64,000 bases of DNA, from NCBI GenBank assembly GCA_040954595.2, contig CM082580.2:13070242-13134241 (forward strand). The letters run 5' to 3'. Shown piece by piece: positions 44,306 to 55,800 of this stretch. Under the pieces are notes generated by a model. That model made no database searches and was not told where the DNA came from. It saw only the letters and a list, made by a program, of their open reading frames with translations. Position 1 is the first letter of the stretch. Each line of letters opens with the position of its first letter. Origin of the DNA: Balanoglossus misakiensis. Taxonomy: Eukaryota > Animalia > Hemichordata. A program made the position numbers and the translations under genes.

Positions 44306-45124
44306 GTTCACAGAAACTGCATGTGATTGTCATCTAGACTTTGGCGAGATATTCACGTTTTCTGTAAGACGCGGCAAAAGTGAATGGTGATCATCACTAG
44401 GAGTGTCCGCCGTGCTATACATATACATGACGTACTTGATTTTTGATTTGATTAACACGATCGTTCGCGTTAGCTGAGTAATTTTAAGACACGTAGATAA
44501 TATTTTAAAACTCACGAGCTATTTGAAGTAGACTTGGTCAATCAGGCTTGTGTACTCGGATCGCAGAGAAACAGTAACCATGGAGACTGATCAGACCCCT
44601 CAGTCGCGTGACAGAAATGGCATCAGTCACTTGCCCAAGTTTGAGTTTTTCATTTTTAACCGATTGTGTCTCACGAAAGGTTTGCGATCAAGACCTCTCA
44701 GTTGAGAGGAAACATCAAAATAAACACATAATGACACAAAATTTACTTATTTTATTATATTCATCATCAATATGTACGTCCTGAACTGCATTTGGCAATT
44801 TTTTCTCAGATGAACTTCTTCGTACATGAATTTTTGTAAGATTAGCCGATTTGGGAACAATTCAAAAGATGGATTTTTTAAATAATCTTATTGTTTAAAC
44901 TGTAAAATTAATTCTAATGACACGCACGATGTGTATGTGTGTTGTTACAGCTATACTATGTAAAACGTATTACTTTTACACAAATAAAGAGAGTGGTTGA
45001 TTCGAACAATTGAGAGTGGTTTGGTAAATTTTCGGTGTTTTTTGAATGCATAAGCTATAATCCATGCATATAAGTTATTTGAAATTTCAACAGTTACGTA
45101 ACTGTGTCAGCACTTTTGATGCGG

Positions 45125-45177
45125 GTCACGTGACGTGACTTGAGACGCGTCAGAGCAAAGTTTTCGCTGCTGATTGG
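45125..45177 (+). promoter_or_regulatory. Promoter-like cluster: palindromic E-box GTCACGTGAC and inverted CCAAT box (ATTGG)
   Basis: Motifs at 45125-45134 and 45173-45177 in a CpG-rich patch upstream of a strong splice donor (GCG|GTAAGT at 45341/45342). Confidence 0.45.
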
Positions 45178-45199
45178 TTGGAGCCACCTGGACACCTCC

Positions 45200-48100
45200 A
45201 CTTGGAAATTTCCGTCTAGCCTTCCGTGCATTTTCAAAAGTGACGGCCACGCTGCTGCATGTAGGACGTGTTGCGGAGAGGATGCGGAAAACTCTGTCCC
45301 AAACAGAGTTTCTCCGCTGGATAGTTTTCATGACGACAGCGGTAAGTAAAGTAACAGAAGTAGACATAGTTACTCCATTTTTGACCAGAAACATGGGTTA
45401 ATCTGTGGTGAATTACGGACAACTAAAAAGCCAGACGTGTACACCACGGAATTGAAAATTTGGATGCGTCACCGTCAGACAGCTCGAGTCAGATCTTCCC
45501 TGCGTTTTCATTCACAAATTCTACCCTTTCGGGTTACTCAACTTGAGATGTACGGTTTATCAAATTAAGACAAGTCGGTGTTAAACCTCTACTGATGGGC
45601 GGCATGGTTTTTTTTTTACATAAAAAACAAGGTAGTTTTTCGGGAAAGGGGGGCTACGATGAATTGGTAGCGGGTTCGATGAATTGACATCGGGTTCACG
45701 TGTAGTCAGCGTGTTTTCGAGTGTGAGTGAATGCAAATTGTGTATTACACTACCCGACAATGGCAAAATATGGCTTGAAACGCTTATATTGGGAGCAGTT
45801 ATTTTTGTGTGTCCGTGCAGTCTTTGCTCCAAAAATATATATTTATTTTGTCGGAGTTTAAAATGTTCCGCTTGGCTGTAGGCCTAAACTGGAAAATATG
45901 TAAATGTACATAGTGCCATGCTGGGGTTCTAGGCTACTTGTCTGTCAGCGAAGCCCTAAAACATGTATTGTCGTCGTGTATGATGTACCCCGGTACACTA
46001 TGCGAATGAACAACAGTTTAGCGTACGGTGATAACGGTCGATATTTGGTTTCGTGCTCATGGATAGGCATTCAATTTGTTTCCTTATTTTTTGCAGATCG
46101 AAGGCCCAGATGAACTGATGTTGGATACTCTGCGTGGATGCTATGATGTCATCAAGCATGATGTCAAAGTAAGCGGTTTTAGCCAAGTTTTTGGGCAATT
46201 TTTAAGAACTTTTAATGATTCTGACTGGTGCCGGTAGCCAGTTCAGCGAACCAATTTTGCACAAATCTGAAGAATGCAACAATACGGATGCCATATGTGG
46301 ATGTCATTACAGTTTTAAAACCAACATGACTACATGCTCGGTGCATGGGTCCTTTTTGTTACGGCACCAACAAGTTCATCGGCTTTGAATGCTTCGAAAG
46401 GTGCTCGTTGTTGTGAGTGTGTGTGTGTGTGTGTGCGCGCGCGCGCATGTGTGTGTCACGGTAAGTTGTACGGTATATTTGGGCCATGCAACTAGACTAC
46501 AATGAGGTGAGCGTTTGTATGTTCCATGGCTGAATGAAGACCAGTGGATGAAGTTTCGTAACAAGTAAGTTATATAGACATAAATAAAATCCCCGGTGCG
46601 GGTGGGTCCCATCCCTCAGACCGTCAGTTAATACTTAATACAAGTTTTTTTTAGAAATGTTATCTTTCGTCATTATTCAATAAAAATAAAATAAAAACAT
46701 ACACGCACTCAAAATACTTGGAGTGGTTTATTTCCGTACCGATCATCTTCCTCCTCACGTATATAGTTAATACAGGTTTTTTAGATATGTTATCTTTCGT
46801 CATTATTCAATAAAAATAAAATAAAAACATACACGCACTCAAAATACTTGGAGTGGTTTATTTCCGTACCGATCATCTTCCTCCTCACGTATATAGTTAA
46901 TACAGGTTTTTTAGATATGTTATCTTTCGTCATTATTCAATAAAAATAAAATAAAAACATACACGCACTCAAAATACTTGGAGTGGTTTATTTCCGTACC
47001 GATCATCTTCCCCCTCACGTATATAGTTAAGTTAATACAGGTTTTTTAGATATGTTATCTTTCGTCATTATTCAATAAAAATAAAATAAAAACATACACG
47101 CACTCAAAATACTTGGAGTGGTTTATTTCCGTACCGATCATCTTCCTCCTCACGTATATAGTTAATACAGGTTTTTTAGATATGTTATCTTTCGTCATTA
47201 TTCAATAAAAATAAAATAAAAACATACACGCACTCAAAATACTTGGAGTGGTTTATTTCCGTACCGATCATCTTCCTCCTCACGTATATAGTTAATACAG
47301 GTTTTTTAGATATGTTATCTTTCGTCATTATTCAATAAAAATAAAATAAAAACATACACGCACTCAAAATACTTGGAGTGGTTTATTTCCGTACCGATCA
47401 TCTTCCTCCTCACGTATATAGTTAATACAGGTTTTTTAGATATGTTATCTTTCGTCATTATTCAATAAACAAATATTAAAAACATACGTGTATTGATAAA
47501 ACAGAGTGGTTTATTTCCGTACCGCTCATCTTCGCTTGTGTGTATGTCTCTGTTAGTCTGTTTTTTTATGGTAAATGAGGTATTTACTTTCCAGACATTA
47601 ACTTTATTTGCTTGTTTTGCAGATGCAGAGACCAGAGTTTTTTCTCCATGCAGCGGTATAGCTGGGTGAGGTAAAGGGCAGGTATATTCCATGGCTGAAC
47701 GATCATGAATATTGCAGACACTCACTCCATTTTTTTTGTTTTGCAGATGCAGAGACCAGAGTTTTTTCGCCATGCAGCGGTATAGCTGGGTGAGGTAAGG
47801 GCAGGTATCTTCCATGGCTGAACGATCATGAATATTGCAGACACTCACTCCATTTGCTTGTTTTGCAGATCCAGAGACGAGATCAACTCATAATGGTATT
47901 CATCAACCATGCTTGGGCCTAAGTGACTAGGTTTTTTTTGCCATACAGCAGTAGAGCTGGGTGAGGTAAGGGCAGTATGTTCAATGGCTGAACGATCATG
48001 AATATCACCGACATTCACTTCGTTTCATTGTTTTGCAGATGCAGGGATGAGATCAACTCATAATGGTATTGCATGCAGCAGTATAGCTGGGTGCGGTAAG

Positions 48101-49400
48101 GGCAGTATGTTCAATGGCTGAACGAAGACCAGAGGTTTCAAGCAAGGTTTGACAAGCGATATACACATCAAAGTCCCTCTTTACATGGTGGCCATTTTGA
48201 ATATTTTTTTTCGATTCAGACTGGTGCCGTTACCCAGTCAAGCAAACTGATTTTACAGAATATTAGACATTCACTTCATTTGCTTATTTTGCAGATCCAG
48301 AGACGAGATCAACTGATAATGGTATTCATCAACCAAGCTGGGGCCTAAGTGACTAGTTATTTTCGCCATGCAGCAGTATAGCTGGGTGCGGTAAGGGCAG
48401 TATGTTCAATGGCTGAACGAAGACCAGAGGTTTCAAGCAAGGTTTGACAAGCGATATAGACAAAGCCCCATTTATCATGGTGGATATTTTGAAGATTTTG
48501 TATCGATTCAGACTGGTGCCGTTACCCAGTCAAGCGAAATGATTTTGCACAAACCTGCATGTAACAATATGGACCCAGTCCTTTATGTGGATGTCAATTC
48601 AACGTTTTAAAACCGACCTGACTGCTGGATGCAAGAGGTGGACATTTTGTTTTTGCACAAACGTGTTCGCCATCTTTGAAGGAGACATTCCATTTACACA
48701 CTCTTCATTTATTCCAGGGATCCCGTAGATGATGCTAAGATGATTGCCAGCCTGTGTGATTGATGTCCAGAATACTGCATGGTTGTGGGAAGGTAAGAAT
48801 TGTGGGAAAGAAAACTGAAGCAGTGACTGAGACAATACATGGTTAGGGGTGTGTGGGTGGGGTGTGGTTATTCACAATGTCCAGGAGTTGTCAGTTTAAC
48901 TAAGTACAATTATAAGCTTAAATGGGCAGATCTCTATCGTTGTTGCAGTAAAATTTAACCAAGGTGCCAAAAAGAGAGTGAAATTCCAGGCAGCCATACA
49001 GAACTCCATGATGTACCATCTGCGAATGAACAACAATTGGCGTACAGTGGTGATCATGCTTTGGTTCATGTCCATGTATATTTTACATTCATTTCTACAT
49101 TGCTTGTTTTGCAGATGCAAAGACCAGATGGCTATCAGGCAACCAAGCTGAGGACGAAGTGTCCATTTTCCGCGATGTAAATGACAGTCTGCAGAGACCA
49201 CCTAACATCTAACGATAACAGTATTTCCATTGATGTTTACCAAGCTGATGCATTGTAGATTTGTATCCATCAATGTTGAAACAATGAAAATGGATTTGAA
49301 CTTTACTGAACTTACCTTTTGTATTTTGCATTTCAATCTTCCATTAAAAATTGTGAAATGAAAATATTTAAGCTTACTAAGTAGTAAGCATCATAATAAA
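45200..49400 (+). ncRNA. Putative multi-exon long non-coding (or very short ORF) transcript built from duplicated exon-intron modules
   Basis: Repeated TTTTGCAG|AT acceptors (exon starts 46097, 47623, 47747, 47869, 48039, 48295, 49115) and GAG/GCG|GTAA donors; no long ORF after splicing; ATTAAA and AATAAA at about 49343 and 49395. Confidence 0.35.
46636..47535. repeat. 130-bp tandem repeat, about 7 near-identical copies
   Basis: Unit gttaatacaggttttttagatatgttatc...tcacgtatata has period 130 (46681/46811/46941), one 5-bp insertion and a diverged last copy. Confidence 0.95.
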
Positions 49401-49499
49401 TATATTTTATAACCTGAAATTCTGTCTTGAACGTTTTTGTTTATGGTTTCAAAACTTGGAAATTAAAATTTTCTATGAACTAGATTAAATGGAATACTT

Positions 49500-49895
49500 G
49501 ACATGAAAACGCTAAAATGAGCAAAATTCACAAAGTCGAGAATTTGAGAAATTTTTAGCTGGGATGGGTTATAGTCCATGCATATGACACGAAAACGCTA
49601 AAATGAGCAAAATTCACAAAGTCGAGAATTTGAGAAATTTTGAGCTGGGATGGGTTATAGTCCATGCATATGACATGAAAACGCTAAAATGAGCAAAATT
49701 CACAAAGTCGAGAATTTGAGAAATTTTGAGCTGGGATGGGTTATAGTCCATGCATTTGACCTGAAAACGCTAAAATGAGCAAAATTCACAAAGTCGAGGA
49801 TTTGAGAAATTTTGAGCTGGGATGGGTTATAGTCCATGCATATGACCTGAAAACGCTAAAATGAGCAAAATTCACAAAGTCGAGAATTTGACAAA
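49500..49895. repeat. 86-bp tandem repeat, about 4.6 copies, bordering the main satellite
   Basis: gaaaacgctaaaatgagc... recurs at 49505, 49591, 49677, 49763 and 49849. Confidence 0.95.
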
Positions 49896-49899
49896 TTCG

Positions 49900-52800
49900 A
49901 AAGTCGAAAAATTTTCATTTTTTGATGATTTCATGAGCTATAACCCATGTTTTTTTTCAAAAATCGACGAAATTTTGAGATTCCGCAAAGTCGAAAATTT
50001 TTCATTTTTTGATGATTTCAAGGTCTATAACCCATAGTTTTTTTCAAAAATCGACGAAATTTTGAGATTCCGCAAAGTCGAAAATATTTCATTTTTTGAT
50101 GATTTCATGGGCTATAACCCATGGTTTTTTTCAAAAATCGACGAAATTTTGAGATTCAACAAAGTCGAAAATTTTTCATTTTTTGATGATTTCATGGGCT
50201 ATAACCCATGGTTTTTTTCAAAAATCGACGAAATTTTGAGATTCAACAAAGTCGAAAAATTTTCATTTTTTGATGATTTCATGGGCTATATATAACCCAT
50301 GGTTTTTTTCAAAAATCGACGAAATTTTGAGATTCCGCAAAGTCGAAAAATTTTCATTTTTTGATGATTTCATGGGCTATATATAACCCATGGTTTTTTT
50401 CAAAAATCGACGAAATTTTGAGATTCAACAAAGTCGAAAATTTTTCATTTTTTGATGATTTCATGGGCTATAACCCATGGTTTTCTTCAAAAATCGACGA
50501 AATTTTGAGATTCCGCAAAGTCGAAAATTTTTCATTTTTTGATGATTTCATGGGCTATAACCCATGGTTTTTTTCAAAAATAGACGAAATTTTGAGATTC
50601 CGCAAAGTCGAAAATTTTTCATTTTTTGACGATTTCATGGGCTATAACCCATGGTTTTTTTCAAAAATCGACGAAATTTTGAGATTCCGCAAAGTCGAAA
50701 ATTTTTCATTTTTTGACGATTTCATGGGCTATAACCCATGGTTTTTTTCAAAAATCGACGAAATTTTGAGATTCCGCAAAGTCTAAAATTTTGCATTTTT
50801 TGACGATTTCATGGGCTATAACCCATGGTTTTTTTCAAAAATCGACGAAATTTTGAGATTCCGCGAAGTCGAAAATTTTGCATTTTTTGATGATTTCATG
50901 GGTTATAACCCATGTTTTTTTTCAAAAATCGACGAAATTTTGAGATTCCGCGAAGTCGAAAATTTTTCATTTTTTGATGATTTCATGGGTTATAACCCAT
51001 GGTTATTTTCAAAAATCGACGAAATTTTGAGATTCCGCAAAGTCGAAAATTTTTCATTTTTTGATGATTTCATGGGCTATAACCCATGGTTTTTTTCAAA
51101 AATCGACGAAATTTTGAGATTCCGCAAAGTCGAAAATTTTTCATTTTTTGACGATTTCATGGGCTATAACCCATGGTTTTTTTCAAAAATCGACGAAATT
51201 TTGAGATTCCGCAAAGTCGAAAATTTTTCATTTTTTGATGATTTCATGGGCTATAACCCATGGTTTTTTTCGAAAATCGACGAAATTTTGAGATTCCGCA
51301 AAGTCGAAAATTTTTCATTTTTTGATGATTTCGTGGGCTATAACCCATGGTTTTTTTCGAAAATCGACGAAATTTTGAGATTCCGCAAAGTCGAAAATTT
51401 TTCATTTTTTGATGATTTCGTGGGCTATAACACATGGTTTTTTTTCAAAAATCGACGAAATTTTGAGATTCCGCAAAGTCGAAAATTTTTCATTTTTTGA
51501 TGATTTCATGGGCTATAACCCATGGTTTTTTTCAAAAATCGACGAAATTTTGAGATTCCGCAAAGTCGAAAATTTTACATTTTTTGATGATTTCATGGGC
51601 TATAACCCATGGTTTTTTTCAAAAATCGACGAAATTTTGAGATTCCGCAAAGTCGAAAATTTTTCATTTTTTGATGATTTCATGGGCTATAACCCATGGT
51701 TTTTTTCAAAAATCGACGAAATTTTGAGATTCCGCAAAGTCGAAAATTTTTCATTTTTTGATGATTTCATGGGCTATAACCCATGGTTTTTTTCAAAAAT
51801 CGACGAAATTTTGAGATTCCGCAAAGTCGAAAATTTTTCATTTTTTGATGATTTCATGGGCTATAACCCATGGTTTTTTTCAAAAATCGACGAAATTTTG
51901 AGATTCCGCAAAGTCGAAAATTTTTCATTTTTTGATGATTTCATGGGCTATAACCCATGGTTTTTTTCAAAAATCGACGAAATTTTGAGATTCCGCAAAG
52001 TCGAAAATTTTTCATTTTTTGATGATTTCATGGGCTATAACCCATGGTTTTTTTCAAAAATCGACGAAATTTTGAGATTCCGCAAAGTCGAAAATTTTTC
52101 ATTTTTTGATGATTTCATGGGCTATAACCCATGGTTTTTTTCAAAAATCGACGAAATTTTGAGATTCCGCAAAGTCGAAAATTTTTCATTTTTTGATGAT
52201 TTCATGGGCTATAAACCATGGTTTTTTTCAAAAATCGACGAAATTTTGAGATTCCGCAAAGTCGAAAATTTTTCATTTTTTGATGATTTCATGGGCTATA
52301 ACCCATGGTTTTTTTCAAAAATCGACGAAATATTGAGATTCCGCAAAGTTTAAAATTTTTCATTTTTTGATGATTTCATGGGCTATAACCCATGGTTTTT
52401 TTCAAAAATCGACGAAATTTTGAGATTCCGCAAAGTCGAAAATTTTTCATTTTTTGACGATTTCATGGGCTATAACCCATGGTTTTTTTCAAAAATCGAC
52501 GAAATATTGAGATTCCGCAAAGTCGAAAATTTTTCATTTTTTGACGATTTCATGGGCTATAACCCATGGTTTTTTTCAAAAATCGACGAAATTTTGAGAT
52601 TCCGCAAAGTCGAAAATTTTTCATTTTTTGACGATTTCATGGGCTATAACCCATGGTTTTTTTCAAAAATCGACGAAATTTTGAGATTCCGCAAAGTCGA
52701 AAATTTTTCATTTTTTGATGATTTCATGGGCTATAACCCATGGTTTTTTTCAAAAATCGACGAAATTTTGAGATTCCGCAAAGTCGAAAATTTTTCATTT

Positions 52801-55800
52801 TTTGACGATTTCATGGGCTATAACCCATGGTTTTTTTCAAAAATCGACGAAATTTTGAGATTCCGCAAAGTCGAAAATTTTTCATTTTTTGATGATTTCA
52901 TGGGCTATAACCCATGGTTTTTTTCAAAAATCGACGAAATTTTGAGATTCCGCAAAGTCGAAAATTTTTCATTTTTTGACGATTTCATGGGCTATAACCC
53001 ATGGTTTTTTTCAAAAATCGACGAAATTTTGAGATTCCGCAAAGTCGAAAATTTTTCATTTTTTGACGATTTCATGGGCTATAACCCATGGTTTTTTCAA
53101 AAATCGACGAAATATTGAGATTCCGCAAAGTCGAAAATTTTTCATTTTTTGACGATTTCATGGGCTATAACCCATGGTTTTTTTCAAAAATCGACGAAAT
53201 ATTGAGATTCCGCAAAGTCGAAAATTTTTCATTTTTTGATGATTTCATGGGCTATAACCCATGGTTTTTTTCAAAAATCGACGAAATTTTGAGATTCCGC
53301 AAAGTCGAAAATTTTTCATTTTTTGACGATTTCATGGGCTATAACCCATGGTTTTTTTCAAAAATCGACGAAATATTGAGATTCCGCAAAGTCGAAAATT
53401 TTTCATTTTTTGATGATTTCATGGGCTATAACCCATGGTTTTTTTCAAAAATCGACGAAATTTTGAGATTCCGCAAAGTCGAAAATTTTTCATTTTTTGA
53501 CGATTTCATGGGCTATAACCCATGGTTTTTTTCAAAAATCGACGAAATTTTGAGATTCCGCAAAGTCGAAAATTTTTCATTTTTTGATGATTTCATGGGC
53601 TATAACCCATGGTTTTTTTCAAAAATCGACGAAATTTTGAGATTCCGCAAAGTCGAAAATTTTTCATTTTTTGATGATTTCATGGGCTATAACCCATGGT
53701 TTTTTTCAAAAATCGACGAAATTTTGAGATTCCGCAAAGTCGAAAATTTTTCATTTTTTGATGATTTCATGGGCTATAACCCATGGTTTTTTTCAAAAAT
53801 CGACGAAATTTTGAGATTCCGCAAAGTCGAAAATTTTTCATTTTTTGATGATTTCATGGGCTATAACCCATGGTTTTTTTCAAAAATCGACGAAATTTTG
53901 AGATTCCGCAAAGTCGAAAATTTTTCATTTTTTGATGATTTCATGGGCTATAACCCATGGTTTTTTTCAAAAATCGACGAAATTTTGAGATTCCGCAAAG
54001 TCGAAAATTTTTCATTTTTTGATGATTTCATGGGCTATAAACCATGGTTTTTTTCAAAAATCGACGAAATTTTGAGATTCCGCAAAGTCGAAAATTTTTC
54101 ATTTTTTGATGATTTCATGGGCTATAACCCATGGTTTTTTTCAAAAATCGACGAAATATTGAGATTCCGCAAAGTTTAAAATTTTTCATTTTTTGATGAT
54201 TTCATGGGCTATAACCCATGGTTTTTTTCAAAAATCGACGAAATTTTGAGATTTTGCAAAGTCGAAAATTTTTCATTTTTTGACGATTTCATGGGCTATA
54301 ACCCATGTTTTTTTTCAAAAATCGACGAAATATTGAGATTCCGCAAAGTCGAAAATTTTTCATTTTTTGACGATTTCATGGGCTATAACCCATGGTTTTT
54401 TTCAAAAATCGACGAAATTTTGAGATTCCGCAAAGTCGAAAATTTTTCATTTTTTGACGATTTCATGGGCTATAACCCATGGTTTTTTTCAAAAATCGAC
54501 GAAATTTTGAGATTCCGCAAAGTCGAAAATTTTTCATTTTTTGATGATTTCATGGGCTATAACCCATGGTTTTTTTCAAAAATCGACGAAATTTTGAGAT
54601 TCCGCAAAGTCGAAAATTTTTCATTTTTTGACGATTTCATGGGCTATAACCCATGGTTTTTTTCAAAAATCGACGAAATTTTGAGATTCCGCAAAGTCGA
54701 AAATTTTTCATTTTTTGATGATTTCATGGGCTATAACCCATGGTTTTTTTCAAAAATCGACGAAATTTTGAGATTCCGCAAAGTCGAAAATTTTTCATTT
54801 TTTGACGATTTCATGGGCTATAACCCATGGTTTTTTTCAAAAATCGACGAAATTTTGAGATTCCGCAAAGTCGAAAATTTTTCATTTTTTGACGATTTCA
54901 TGGGCTATAACCCATGGTTTTTTTCAAAAATCGACGAAATATTGAGATTCCGCAAAGTCGAAAATTTTTCATTTTTTGACGATTTCATGGGCTATAACCC
55001 ATGGTTTTTTTCAAAAATCGACGAAATATTGAGATTCCGCAAAGTTTAAAATTTTTCAATTTTTGATGATTTCATGGGCTATAACCCATGGTTTTTTTCA
55101 AAAATCGACGAAATTTTGAGATTCCGCAAAGTCGAAAATTTTTCATTTTTTGACGATTTCATGGGCTATAACCCATGGTTTTTTTCAAAAATCGACGAAA
55201 TTTTGAGATTCCGCAAAGTCGAAAATTTTTCATTTTTTGATGATTTCATGGGCTATAACCCATGGTTTTTTTCAAAAATCGACGAAATTTTGAGATTCCG
55301 CAAAGTCGAAAATTTTTCATTTTTTGACGATTTCATGGGCTATAACCCATGGTTTTTTTCAAAAATCGACGAAATTTTGAGATTCCGCAAAGTCGAAAAT
55401 TTTTCATTTTTTGATGATTTCATGGGCTATAACCCATGGTTTTTTTCAAAAATCGACGAAATTTTGAGATTCCGCAAAGTCGAAAATTTTTCATTTTTTG
55501 ATGATTTCATGGGCTATAACCCATGGTTTTTTTCAAAAATCGACGAAATTTTGAGATTCCGCAAAGTCGAAAATTTTTCATTTTTTGATGATTTCATGGG
55601 CTATAACCCATGGTTTTTTTCAAAAATCGACGAAATTTTGAGATTCCGCAAAGTCGAAAATTTTTCATTTTTTGATGATTTCATGGGCTATAACCCATGG
55701 TTTTTTTCAAAAATCGACGAAATATTGAGATTCCGCAAAGTTTAAAATTTTTCATTTTTTGATGATTTCATGGGCTATAACCCATGGTTTTTTTCAAAAA

